Virus record (IMG/VR): IMGVR_UViG_3300043185_000079
DNA from: a virus
Strand: one strand, 5' to 3'
Length of the DNA stretch: 64,000 bases
In this document: piece after piece, positions 46,707 through 56,567 of the stretch
Position numbering within the stretch: position 1 is the stretch's first letter
How the letters are laid out: each line of letters starts with the position of its first letter
Translations under genes and position numbers: made by a program
Notes under the pieces: model-generated
What the model was told of the DNA's origin: nothing
The model's input: the letters and a program-made list of their open reading frames with translations, nothing else
Databases searched by the model: none

Positions 46707-49700
46707 ATGCTCGATTTTCACACCAATCACGTCGCAGTGCCCAAGGATCCAAAGACCGAAGCTGATCTTCATGACGACGGCGCCGCGATGAAAACGATGA
46801 GGCCATCTCCGAAGACATACAGCTACGACGAAGCGTACGTAGCTGCCCGCGAGGCCTTCGGTGGAGACGACTTGGCGGCAAGCACGTGGGTCACGAAGTA
46901 TGCGTTGCGCGACCTCAATGGTCAGATCATCGAGCGATCTCCCGCCGACATGCACCAGAGATTGGCGAGAGCTTTCGCGGCGATCGAGGCACGTTACCCG
47001 AACTCGATGTCGGAGGACGAGATCTTCGCGCTCCTCGCGGACTGGACGGTGGTCCCCCAGGGGTCGCCGATGAGCGGGGTCGGGAATCCGTACAAGTTCC
47101 AGAGCGTCTCAAACTGCTTCGTCGTCCCCTCTCCCGAGGATTCCTACGGAGGCATCCTCCTCGTTGATCAGCTCCAGGCGCAGATCATGAAGAGGCGCGG
47201 GGGTGTCGGCTTCGACGTGTCGACGATCCGCCCGAAGGGCTTGCCCACTGCCAACGCCGCGCACACCACCGACGGTATCGGGATCTTCATGGAGAGATTC
47301 TCCAGGACATGCCGCGAGGTCGCCCAGGGAGGACGGCGTGGCGCCCTGATGCTCACGTGCGACGTGCACCATCCCGAGATCCTCACGTTCATCCGAATCA
47401 AGAACGATCTGACCAGATGCAAGGCGTGTGGCCACGGCGAGCGCATGAAGGTCACCGGAGCGAACGTCAGCGTCCGCCTCACCGACGAGTTCCTCAATGC
47501 AGTCGAGCGTGGCGAGAAGTATCAGCAGCGCTGGCCCGTGGACCGTTCTGATGTTCCTTCCATCGAGAACTGGGTCGACGCCAGGGCGATCTGGGAGGAG
47601 ATCACGCAGAATGCCCGGGACAGCGCCGAGCCCGGCCTGCTGTTCTGGGACAACATTCTGCGCGAGAGCCCAGCGGACTGCTACGCGGACGTCGGCTACC
47701 AGACCACGAGCACGAACCCGTGTTCCGAGATTCCTCTCTCCCCGTGGGACTCGTGCCGGCTGATGGCGATCAATCTCTCCAATTTCGTGTCCGATCCGTT
47801 CACGGACAACGCCGACTTCGATTGGCGCAGGCTGTCTGAAGTCGCCAAGAGGGCGCAGCGGCTGATGGACGATCTCGTTGACATCGAGATCGAGCACGTC
47901 GATCGGATCCTGGCGAAGATCGACAGGGACCACGAATCTGAGGATGTCAAGCGTGTCGAGAGAGATCTCTGGGAGCGTATCCGTGAGACCGGAGTGAACG
48001 GTCGGCGGACCGGGCTCGGCGTGACGGCCGTGGGCGACACCGTCGCCATGATGGGCATGAAATACGGCAGCGACCAGTCGATTGACTTCGTCGAGCGCAT
48101 GTACCGGGCGCTGGCCGTCGCCGCCTACGAGGCGTCGGTGGACATGGCCAGCGAGCGGGGATGTTTCCCGGCCTACGCCTTCCGCAAGGAGGCTGGACAC
48201 CCTTTCATCGAGCGCATCCTGGACGCCGCGCCGCCCGAGCTGAGGGTGAAGTACGAGCGTCATGGCCGACGTAACATCTCGTGTCTCACGACAGCCCCGA
48301 CGGGCAGTGTCAGCATCCTGACCCAGACATCATCTGGGATCGAGCCGGTGTTCCGCGCCATGTACACGCGTCGGAAAAAGATCAACCCCAGCGACGAGGG
48401 AACGCGCGTGGATGATGTCGATGCCCACGGCGACAGATGGCAGCATTTCACCGTGAAGGAACACGGGTTCAAGCGTTGGCAGGACGTCACGGGGAAGACC
48501 GACGAGGACTTCGCAGAGAGTCCGTACGCAGGAGCACAGGCCGAGGAGATCGATTGGCTGCAGCGGGTGAGGCTCCAGGCAGCGGCCGGTCGATGGATCG
48601 ATCACGCCATCAGCTCGTGTCTGGTTGCAGGCGAGAGTTTGGTGTGGACCGACAAAGGACTCCTCGATATCGAGGAGCTGGCCGGACACGCGGAACGGGG
48701 ACAGTTCGCGCCCGTCGACATGCAGGTTTCGTCCATTAACGCCGCCGGGACCCCGGCGCAGATCTCTCAGGGTTTCAACAACGGCCTCGCCAGGGTGTTG
48801 AGGATCTCATTCCCGAACGGGTTTGAGATTTCCTGTACCCCCAACCACAAGCTCGTGGTTCTGGACGAGAATTACACGCAGGTCTGGAAGGAAGCTGCGA
48901 GTCTCCGGCCGGGAGACGTCGTGGTGGGCCGCAAGGGAATCAATCTGTGGAATGATGGCAGCAAGTGCCTGACTCGACTCGTCGGCACGCCCTTCCAGTA
49001 CGAGCACAGGACCAACGCGAAGGATGTCCGCATCCCGAAGGACATGACACCCGCGCTGGCGAGGCTTCTCGGGTACATGTGCAGTGACGGGTTCTGGTCC
49101 GAGAACTCGATTGGCTTGTCGCAGCAGCGCAACGATGCTGCGGAGGACTTCGCAGGTCTCGTGGGCGACCTGTTCGATCTTGAGGTCTCGGAGAAGAAAG
49201 ACGAGCGTGGCGATAACCTTTTCCAGTACGTCGCCAACTCGCGCGAGGCGGCGGCGTTCATGCAGTGGATCGGAATCCGGCATCACGATGATCTCGTCGT
49301 CCCGCTCGCAATCCGCAGGTCGGGGCGCCAGTGCGTCAAGGAGTTCATCCGCGGCTTGACTATCAATGGATTCGTGTCGAGAGACAGCCTCGGCATCACG
49401 ACCTCTATCTGCCTGCCATTCTTGCGACAAGTGCAGCAGCTCCTGCTGAACCTCGGGATCGAGGCCGGCATCGACCAGTGCGCGGAGGAAGACCTGCGGA
49501 TGCTGCCCGACGGTAAGGAGTACCGCTGCAAGGATGCGTGGGTGCTTCGCATCTCCCACTCGGAGGAGGCCGAACGCTTTGTTCGGCTCGTGGGCTCTGT
49601 GGAGGATAGCGAAGACAAGTTCCACCGGGCCTCGCGCCCCAAGTTCCACCGGGCCTCGCGCCCCAAGCTCTGCGGCGAGGTCCCCGATCACGGTCTGCGG

Positions 49701-50678
49701 GAGCGATTCAGGGACCTACACCTGGGGCACGTCCGGTCGAACCGCCTGTACGAGATCTTCCACTCCCTCACCTGTGCCGACAAGCGTGGGCGGTGGCTCA
49801 ACCGAGAATCGCTTCTGGAGATGGCTGACGTGGGGCTCGATGTGCCGCCGATCCTGCTCGATCCAACGTACGTCTTCCGTCCCATCAAGACAATCGAGGA
49901 CGGGGGGATCCGGCAGACCTTCGATGTCGAGGTCCCCGATGGACATGCCTACGTCGCAAACGGGATCATCTCACACAACACGATCAACCTCCCCAAGGAC
50001 GTGTCCACCGAGGTCGTCCGCGACATCTACACGACGGCGTGGAAGATGGGTGTCAAGGGGATCACCGTCTACCGCGACACAGCCAGGGACGGTGTGCTGA
50101 TCGAGAAGAAGTCGGAGTTCGTGCAGCACAGTGCTCCGAAACGCCCCGAGGTACTCCCGTGCGACATCCACCGCACGCGCGTCAAGATTGTCGAGGACCA
50201 GTACGAGGACTGGATCTTCTTCGTCGGACTGTACGACGGGAAGCCCTTCGAGATTTTCGGCGGGACCACGGAGAACATCGAGCTTCCGCGCAAGGTGGAG
50301 AGGGGCTGGATCGTCAAGAGAGCCTTCAAGACGGGCGGGAAGTACGATCTCTGTTACGGCGAATCCGACGATCCCTTCAAGATCAAGGACATCGTTCGGC
50401 AGTTTGACAACCCGGAGCGAGGCTGGGCGACTCGGATGGTCTCCTTGTCGTTGCGGCACGGGGCTCCGATCCAGTACGTCGTGGAGCAGCTCCAGCGCGA
50501 TCGGGCGTCGGATATGTTCGACTTCGCCAGGACGATGGCCAGGGTCCTCAAGCGCTACATCCCCGACGGATCGACTGCGTCGCACAACCTCTGTGCGAGC
50601 TGTGGCGCCGAGGACAGCCTGCGGTACCAGGAAGGTTGTCTTCTCTGCGTCTCGTGTGGATCGAGCAAGTGCGGATAA
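46707..50678 (+). CDS. nrdJ: class II (B12-dependent) ribonucleotide reductase with intein
   Basis: SNCF, GGVG, QGGRRGALM, EPGLLF, TNPCSEI, APTGSVS, SSGIEP, KGITVYRD, C-terminal Zn ribbon; the start may be 46788. Confidence 0.95.
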   Translation: MLDFHTNHVAVPKDPKTEADLHDDGAAMKTMRPSPKTYSYDEAYVAAREAFGGDDLAASTWVTKYALRDLNGQIIERSPADMHQRLARAFAAIEARYPNSMSEDEIFALLADWTVVPQGSPMSGVGNPYKFQSVSNCFVVPSPEDSYGGILLVDQLQAQIMKRRGGVGFDVSTIRPKGLPTANAAHTTDGIGIFMERFSRTCREVAQGGRRGALMLTCDVHHPEILTFIRIKNDLTRCKACGHGERMKVTGANVSVRLTDEFLNAVERGEKYQQRWPVDRSDVPSIENWVDARAIWEEITQNARDSAEPGLLFWDNILRESPADCYADVGYQTTSTNPCSEIPLSPWDSCRLMAINLSNFVSDPFTDNADFDWRRLSEVAKRAQRLMDDLVDIEIEHVDRILAKIDRDHESEDVKRVERDLWERIRETGVNGRRTGLGVTAVGDTVAMMGMKYGSDQSIDFVERMYRALAVAAYEASVDMASERGCFPAYAFRKEAGHPFIERILDAAPPELRVKYERHGRRNISCLTTAPTGSVSILTQTSSGIEPVFRAMYTRRKKINPSDEGTRVDDVDAHGDRWQHFTVKEHGFKRWQDVTGKTDEDFAESPYAGAQAEEIDWLQRVRLQAAAGRWIDHAISSCLVAGESLVWTDKGLLDIEELAGHAERGQFAPVDMQVSSINAAGTPAQISQGFNNGLARVLRISFPNGFEISCTPNHKLVVLDENYTQVWKEAASLRPGDVVVGRKGINLWNDGSKCLTRLVGTPFQYEHRTNAKDVRIPKDMTPALARLLGYMCSDGFWSENSIGLSQQRNDAAEDFAGLVGDLFDLEVSEKKDERGDNLFQYVANSREAAAFMQWIGIRHHDDLVVPLAIRRSGRQCVKEFIRGLTINGFVSRDSLGITTSICLPFLRQVQQLLLNLGIEAGIDQCAEEDLRMLPDGKEYRCKDAWVLRISHSEEAERFVRLVGSVEDSEDKFHRASRPKFHRASRPKLCGEVPDHGLRERFRDLHLGHVRSNRLYEIFHSLTCADKRGRWLNRESLLEMADVGLDVPPILLDPTYVFRPIKTIEDGGIRQTFDVEVPDGHAYVANGIISHNTINLPKDVSTEVVRDIYTTAWKMGVKGITVYRDTARDGVLIEKKSEFVQHSAPKRPEVLPCDIHRTRVKIVEDQYEDWIFFVGLYDGKPFEIFGGTTENIELPRKVERGWIVKRAFKTGGKYDLCYGESDDPFKIKDIVRQFDNPERGWATRMVSLSLRHGAPIQYVVEQLQRDRASDMFDFARTMARVLKRYIPDGSTASHNLCASCGAEDSLRYQEGCLLCVSCGSSKCG
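48618..49979 (+). mobile_element. intein (454 aa) with LAGLIDADG-type domain in nrdJ
   Basis: AISS|CLVAGES...TPNHKL...LLGYMCSDG...YVANGIISHN|TINLP. Confidence 0.95.
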
Positions 50679-50712
50679 CTCCTCCCATTCTCGCGGGGGG
50701 TAGACTCTACAA

Positions 50713-51249
50713 GTGCCTGATCCGTTTGCCGGGCTCCGCGTCGTGGACGTTCTCGGGACCTTCTACCGGGAGAATGGCCGTCTGCTCGTGGCGGATGAGT
50801 TCGAGGGGGTCCGCGACGTTGACGCGATGCTCGCTGATTTCGTCGACATGCAGGTGCGGATTCTTGCCCACCACCGCCCGCGTGAGCCCCATGACTCGGC
50901 TCGGTGGGGCGGGGGATGCTGCTACCTCGAGAACACGGGGCAGTGCCACTTTGGTCACCACGAGGATCCCAGCAGACTATTCGTGTTCGATGGCGGCGGG
51001 ATCCTGAAGTTCCTTGCCGGGAGATGGAAGCTCGACGACACCGAAATGTGGTTGGACGCGCTGCTTGGGCACCGGTCTCAGATCGTAGTCATGACCGCCC
51101 CGGATGTTGATGTAATCTCCGAAGGTGTCGCGGCCCTCGACCCCGACAACATGACCAATCCCACGCTCGACGATCTCCTGGAGCGGCTCCGCCAGACCCG
51201 GGACTTCGTCGAGCAGATCAACGATCTCAAGAGCAAGATCGATGGCTGA
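50713..51249 (+). CDS. hypothetical protein
   Basis: GG-TAGACT-N6-GTG; overlaps the recD start. Confidence 0.75.
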   Translation: MPDPFAGLRVVDVLGTFYRENGRLLVADEFEGVRDVDAMLADFVDMQVRILAHHRPREPHDSARWGGGCCYLENTGQCHFGHHEDPSRLFVFDGGGILKFLAGRWKLDDTEMWLDALLGHRSQIVVMTAPDVDVISEGVAALDPDNMTNPTLDDLLERLRQTRDFVEQINDLKSKIDG

Positions 51250-53581
51250 GTACTTCTCTGGACGCGTCACCAGCGTGCGGTTCAACAACGCCGCGCAGGC
51301 GTTCTATGTGATGGACATGGAGCTGGAAAACGGGTTCAAGACGACCGTCCGAGGAACGGTGCCGGGCATCGAGGTGCGAGCTGGGTGCTGGTTCGGGTTC
51401 GAGGCGCGGTGGGAGATTCACCAGACGTACGGTCGTCAGCTCGTGATTGAGCGAGCCCCCATCATCCGCGGGGGGTGGAACGCGGAGACGGCCCTCAAGA
51501 TGCTCCAAGGCCATGGCGTGGGCGCCATGGTCTGCCGGCACATCGAGACGCATTTCGGGGACCGAATCCTCGACGCGCTCGGCAACGCACAGCTGCTCCA
51601 GGAGGCGCCAGGTATCTCCGAGTTCACGGCGCAGCTCGTGGTCGGCAGGTGGCACGCGGTACGAGCCATGTTTCAGTCGCTCAAGTTCCTTGGGGACATG
51701 GCACTCCCCAAGGGGAAGACCGAGCAGATTTACGCGCACTTCGGGGACGATGCGGAGAAGATTCTCAGCGAAGACCCGTGGGCTCTCGTGCAGATCGACG
51801 GCATCACTTTTGAGCAGGCCGACGAGGTTGCGCGTCGGCTGAGCCTCGATCTCGGGTCTGACAGGCGACTCAGGGGAGCCGTCCTCCACACATGCAAGAT
51901 GCGTCGCGGTCTCGGACACATCTACCTGGGCTCGGGGGAGATCGTGCAGGGTATTCAGCAGCTCGTGGCGGATGCTGACAAGGGACGGATCGCTAGAACG
52001 CTCAAGGGCCTCCACGACGAGGCGAAGCTGGTGCTCGACAACCGCACGCGAGCTGGAACGACGGCGATCTACGAGCCATGGTTCCATCGCCTCGAGTCCG
52101 AAGCCGCGAGAATGTTGGCGGAGCGTATTGGTGACGCGACGTTGATCGACGAGGCGAGAGCGAAGTATGCGACGCAGTTGGCAACGGTGGGCCCCAGGAC
52201 GACCGAGACCATGGTCAGTGGTGCTGACCTGCCCGCGGTGGCTCGCTCGGCCATTGAGGAGTGGTCGACGCACGGCAACCTGCGGCTTTCCGAGGACCAA
52301 ATGCGAGGGGCTGTGAACGCCCTGGTCGAGCCTGTCTCCATCCTCACCGGGTTGCCGGGTACTGGGAAAACGACCTGCCTGAAGGTCGTCGTCAAGGTGT
52401 TGCAGGATGCCGGCGTGCCGTTTTTGCTCGTCGCGCCGACGGGCATCGCAGCCAAGCGGATCACGGCCGTCACCGGGGCCGAAGCCAGCACCATCCATCG
52501 AGCCTTCGGGGCCAAGGGCGTCGAGTCCGAGGACGAGCGCGAGAGTACGTACGCCGGGATCATCGGGTTCTCTTCGGCAGGCGTGGACTCTGACGGCTCA
52601 AACGAGTCTTGGTCGTACTCAAACATGAGGCCTCACCCAGCGCAGGTCGTGGTCGTCGACGAGAGTTCCATGGTGGACCAGCATCTTCTGTTCCGCCTCC
52701 TTAGCTGCACGAGCCGAAATTGCCGTCTCGTGTTCGTTGGCGACGCGGCACAGTTGCCGTCCGTCGGTCCTGGCAACGTCCTCCGGGACATGATCACCTT
52801 GCGACATTTTCCGACCGTTGCGCTCAAGGAGATCTTCCGACAGGACGAGGCGTCGGACATCGTGATCGCGGCCCACGCGATCAACGCGGGCAATCCTCCG
52901 CGGTTCTCTCACAAGTCTCGAGACTTCACATTTGTCGATGTGCGCGACGAGAACGCGATCCTTGAGACGTTGGTATCGACGGTCGCTAAGCTCTTTGAGC
53001 GTCGCGCCAACTTCCAGGTCCTCAGTCCGCGTCACTCGGGGGTCCTTGGGGTCACGAACCTTAATCTCAGGATTCGCGAGTTGCTCAACCCACGAACTCC
53101 CGGTCTCCGCGAGATCCGACTCGGGTCGGAGACGATCCGCGAGGGCGACCGTGTCATGGTGTCCAAGAACAACTATCGGTACGAGATCTTCAACGGAGAC
53201 GTTGGGAAGGTCGTGAGCCTCGACGAGAAGGCGAAGCTCGTGACAATCAAGATCCATGGGCCGCCGGTCATGCAGGTCCAGATCCCGTTTCGCGATGCCC
53301 CGTCCCACCTGCGGATGGCCTACGCAGTTACGGTGCACAAGTCGCAAGGCCAAGAGTACGACGTAATCCTCATGCCCTGGGTGCTGGGGTTCAAGGCACA
53401 ACTCCAGAGAAATCTTCTCTACACGGCAATCACCCGAGCAAGGCGCAAGGTAATCCTGATTGGCCACCCAGAGGCCTTGGAACGAGCGGTCATGAACGGT
53501 AAGGAAGATACCAGGAACACGCTTTTCCCAGACCGCCTCGAGAGTTTTTTGAATGTGCCCCGGCAGTGCACGGCGGGGTAA
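51242..53581 (+). CDS. recD2: RecD2-like SF1B helicase
   Basis: N-terminal OB/HhH region, TGLPGTGKTT, APTGIAA, VDESSM, VGD.AQLPSVGPG, AYAVTVHKSQG.E, LLYTAITRA. Confidence 0.95.
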   Translation: MAEYFSGRVTSVRFNNAAQAFYVMDMELENGFKTTVRGTVPGIEVRAGCWFGFEARWEIHQTYGRQLVIERAPIIRGGWNAETALKMLQGHGVGAMVCRHIETHFGDRILDALGNAQLLQEAPGISEFTAQLVVGRWHAVRAMFQSLKFLGDMALPKGKTEQIYAHFGDDAEKILSEDPWALVQIDGITFEQADEVARRLSLDLGSDRRLRGAVLHTCKMRRGLGHIYLGSGEIVQGIQQLVADADKGRIARTLKGLHDEAKLVLDNRTRAGTTAIYEPWFHRLESEAARMLAERIGDATLIDEARAKYATQLATVGPRTTETMVSGADLPAVARSAIEEWSTHGNLRLSEDQMRGAVNALVEPVSILTGLPGTGKTTCLKVVVKVLQDAGVPFLLVAPTGIAAKRITAVTGAEASTIHRAFGAKGVESEDERESTYAGIIGFSSAGVDSDGSNESWSYSNMRPHPAQVVVVDESSMVDQHLLFRLLSCTSRNCRLVFVGDAAQLPSVGPGNVLRDMITLRHFPTVALKEIFRQDEASDIVIAAHAINAGNPPRFSHKSRDFTFVDVRDENAILETLVSTVAKLFERRANFQVLSPRHSGVLGVTNLNLRIRELLNPRTPGLREIRLGSETIREGDRVMVSKNNYRYEIFNGDVGKVVSLDEKAKLVTIKIHGPPVMQVQIPFRDAPSHLRMAYAVTVHKSQGQEYDVILMPWVLGFKAQLQRNLLYTAITRARRKVILIGHPEALERAVMNGKEDTRNTLFPDRLESFLNVPRQCTAG

Positions 53582-53607
53582 ACAGGAGGACCGAACTCGG
53601 TCTCACC

Positions 53608-54039
53608 ATGGCGACGAGCCTTTCCAGCCGCCCGACGAGGGGAGAAATCCGACAGAAGCTCCAGACGATTCGGCGGGGCATTCGCATCACCAAGATCACG
53701 TGCACGCGTTCGGTGAAGGGCCGCACCGGCGACTCGTTCGTCGGGTTCTCGGCCGCTTGGCAGGCAGTCCAGGACGAGGCGGATCATGTTGATCTAGGTG
53801 AAGAATCCGCTGCCGCTTCGCAGGGAATCTCGATCAAGGATGCGAGACTCGCTCGGTACATGCTGGCGCTCGAGTGTGACGTCGCGGCTCTTGAGTCGGC
53901 CTACGCCAACGGGTCGATCACCCAGGAGTACTTCCGCGACGCCGTTCGGGGCGTCAGGCATAACTACAACCAGCTCATCCTCAACGAGATGGGAGCCACC
54001 CCCGATGACGTCGAAGACCGTGGACACGAAAACCGTTGA
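53608..54039 (+). CDS. hypothetical protein
   Basis: Biased ORF within the replication block. Confidence 0.7.
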   Translation: MATSLSSRPTRGEIRQKLQTIRRGIRITKITCTRSVKGRTGDSFVGFSAAWQAVQDEADHVDLGEESAAASQGISIKDARLARYMLALECDVAALESAYANGSITQEYFRDAVRGVRHNYNQLILNEMGATPDDVEDRGHENR

Positions 54040-54997
54040 ACCGGAAACGCCCGTTGTGGACCAGGACCGTCTGCGGGGCACGTACACCGAGCTGAGGAAG
54101 ATGGAGGTTCACCTCGATCCTAATCCGCTGGAGTACGGTCCCAAGAGGTTCAACAATCGGATCGCGCATGTCCGCGCCATCTTGAACCGCATCGAGCAGA
54201 TTTACCTCCAGACGGCCGAGGATCTGCACTTCCTGCGCCGGATCATCAACGTCAAGCGAGGGCTCTACGAGCTGGAGCGGCGGGAACTCATGGTCAACGA
54301 TCCCAAGTGCCGCGTTGGTCGTTCACAGGGAGAACGTGAAGCCCTCGCCGATGTGCAGCTACGGTCGCATATCGAGAGCATCCAGAAGCTGGAGTTGGCT
54401 GCGTACGATCTTGAGACGGTGATGATGTCCATCAAGTCGAGGCGGACCGACATCAAGAATGCACAGAGTAAGATGCGCGATCAGATGACGATGATCGAGC
54501 ACGACCTCAGCATGGGTGCACAGTGGGGGCGGAAAGCAGTTCCCGATCTCTCGGTCGGGCTCGAGTCCCTCGACGCCGTTCTCTCGCAGATCGATCAGAA
54601 CCTCGGGGTGGTGGCCGATGAGAGCGATGAGAGCGATGAGAGCGATGAGAGCGATGAGAGCGATGAGAGCGATGAGAGCGATGAGAGCGATGAGAGCGAT
54701 GAGAGCGATGAGAGCGACATGCCCGTGGCCGCGTCTGGGCTCCTGCCCCTCGACCCAGCACCCAAGGCTGCCCTTGAGCCGGTGATCGTCCTGGGGGAGC
54801 CGGATGGCTCGGACATCGATGCGTTGCTCGGGGGAGATGATGCGGAGCCCCTTCTTCCGCAGGGCTCCGGTACGCAAGACGACGCAGACGACTTCCTCGC
54901 CAGTCTCGGCAGTATCGATCAGAGCGAGTTGATCGGTCCCGAACCACAGGCAGGTGGCGGTATCGACGACCTCATCGCCTCCCTCACAGACGACTAA
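54005..54997 (+). CDS. coiled-coil protein with long acidic tail (possible recombination mediator)
   Basis: Helical N-terminal half and (DES)x11 tail; its position upstream of the SSB/RuvC/RecA genes is the only functional clue. Confidence 0.6.
   Translation: MTSKTVDTKTVEPETPVVDQDRLRGTYTELRKMEVHLDPNPLEYGPKRFNNRIAHVRAILNRIEQIYLQTAEDLHFLRRIINVKRGLYELERRELMVNDPKCRVGRSQGEREALADVQLRSHIESIQKLELAAYDLETVMMSIKSRRTDIKNAQSKMRDQMTMIEHDLSMGAQWGRKAVPDLSVGLESLDAVLSQIDQNLGVVADESDESDESDESDESDESDESDESDESDESDESDMPVAASGLLPLDPAPKAALEPVIVLGEPDGSDIDALLGGDDAEPLLPQGSGTQDDADDFLASLGSIDQSELIGPEPQAGGGIDDLIASLTDD
54617..54715 (+). repeat. 9-bp tandem repeat x11 (GATGAGAGC)
   Basis: Perfect in-frame repeat encoding DES. 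Confidence 0.97.
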
Positions 54998-55081
54998 ATC
55001 CTTGATGGCGTGAAGGGGTAAAAGCCTCGACACGGCACGTCTGAACCAGACCCGCCCAGTCACAACCAAAAGGAATCAGAA

Positions 55082-55843
55082 ATGAGCACCGCATTCCAGT
55101 CTTTCGGTTTCGGCCACGGAGATAACAGCATCACGGGACGTCTGCAGAAGTTCAAGGGCGAGAAGGGCAAGACGTATCGCCTTGGTTTCGTATGGTGGGA
55201 GGGCATGGATGGCAACCGGGAGTTCACGGTCAACGATTTGACCCCGCCTCCCGATGCCGCCGAGGAAGAGCTGACCCCAAAGTTCGTCGGAGCCCAGCGC
55301 CACCTCATCCAGGGTGTCGGCTACGTCATCAACAAGGGCCCCGAGTGGACGCAGCTCGCGGGCTCCCCTCCGCGCATGGCGATCGCCACCATCATCGTCG
55401 TGTGGCCGCTCGGGAAGAATGGCCAGCCGACGAAGGACACCCTCTTCGGGCAGCAGCCCGACGTACAGCCCTGGGTATTCGGACAGGACAAGTACGAGAA
55501 GCTCAGGAAGATGCACCAGTCGGGCTATCCGATGTACGACTACGACGTGCAGGCCGACTGCGAGGAGAGCCAGTTCCAGAAGTTCAACTTCCTTCCCGCG
55601 AAGCAGAACATATTCAAGGAGATGCTCAAGGCCAACAGCCAGCAGGCGAAGGACGTGGCCAAGTTCATCATCGATCGCGTGCGCGCCATCGTGCCCGGGA
55701 TCGAGCGCGAGATCGGCCAGAACCTCACGCTCGACCAGCTCCGCGAGAAGATGGGCCAGTCGGTGCAGAACCCGACAGGGGGAAGCGCCGTCGCTGGCGA
55801 CCAGGAGGTGGACAACATCCTCGGGTCGATGCTGGAGGACTAG
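55082..55843 (+). CDS. putative phage single-stranded DNA-binding protein
   Basis: Highly biased codons, AAGGA RBS, aromatic-rich core and acidic C-terminus; next to ruvC/recA. The function is an inference. Confidence 0.55.
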   Translation: MSTAFQSFGFGHGDNSITGRLQKFKGEKGKTYRLGFVWWEGMDGNREFTVNDLTPPPDAAEEELTPKFVGAQRHLIQGVGYVINKGPEWTQLAGSPPRMAIATIIVVWPLGKNGQPTKDTLFGQQPDVQPWVFGQDKYEKLRKMHQSGYPMYDYDVQADCEESQFQKFNFLPAKQNIFKEMLKANSQQAKDVAKFIIDRVRAIVPGIEREIGQNLTLDQLREKMGQSVQNPTGGSAVAGDQEVDNILGSMLED

Positions 55844-55888
55844 GACGACCATCCTGGTGATGCCCCTGTTGAGGCCGGCGAGGAAATC

Positions 55889-56557
55889 GTGAGAGTCCTC
55901 GGACTCGACCCCTCGCTCACGAACTATGGGTGGGCGCTCCACGACACCGAGGGCGTGGGCGGGGGGCGATGCCTCGATAAGGGCAGATTCAGGACCAAGC
56001 CGCGCGACTTTCGAGACGAGATTTCCCGGTACGTGCATCTTCGTGAGAGCCTGCGCGGCAAGATCGAGGAACTCCGTCCCGATGCCGCGGGGATCGAACA
56101 TCCGGTGTTCGGGGAGGACTACTCGGAGGGCATGTACGGGCTCTTCCTGTTCAGTCTTGAGGTCCTCAAGGATTCGCGTCTCGATGTCGTCTTCTTCGCT
56201 CCTCCACAAGTCAAGCGCCATGCGAAGGACATCCTCGATCGACCGAAGGGGTGGAAGATGGCGAAGTCCGATATGGTCGATGCGGCTCGGGAGGACACCG
56301 ATGGTGGTCGGTGGGATCACAACGAGGCTGACGCCTATCACGTTGCGTGCATGGCTGGCCGGTTCTGGGGGCTCTACTCGGGGCAGATCGGAACGGACGT
56401 GCTCACCCCGTACGAGAACAAGCTGTTCACCGAGATCAGGACCATCACGCGGGGCAAACGGGCAGGCCAGGTACAGATCAAGGGTATCCTGCATCGAGAG
56501 TCCGAGCGTTTCTTCCTGTGGTCATCTTCCGCGAAAGCGGTGAAACGGAAAGCGTAG
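55889..56557 (+). CDS. ruvC: RuvC-like Holliday junction resolvase
   Basis: VLGLDPSL..YGW, GIE, P.QVK, HNEADA. Confidence 0.88.
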   Translation: MRVLGLDPSLTNYGWALHDTEGVGGGRCLDKGRFRTKPRDFRDEISRYVHLRESLRGKIEELRPDAAGIEHPVFGEDYSEGMYGLFLFSLEVLKDSRLDVVFFAPPQVKRHAKDILDRPKGWKMAKSDMVDAAREDTDGGRWDHNEADAYHVACMAGRFWGLYSGQIGTDVLTPYENKLFTEIRTITRGKRAGQVQIKGILHRESERFFLWSSSAKAVKRKA

Positions 56558-56567
56558 ACATACGACC

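Noticed and set aside
54617-54715. Repeat arrays (also 9824-9871 and 6240-6385) as CRISPR arrays
   Set aside because: Contiguous units with no spacers; no cas1/cas2 in the window.
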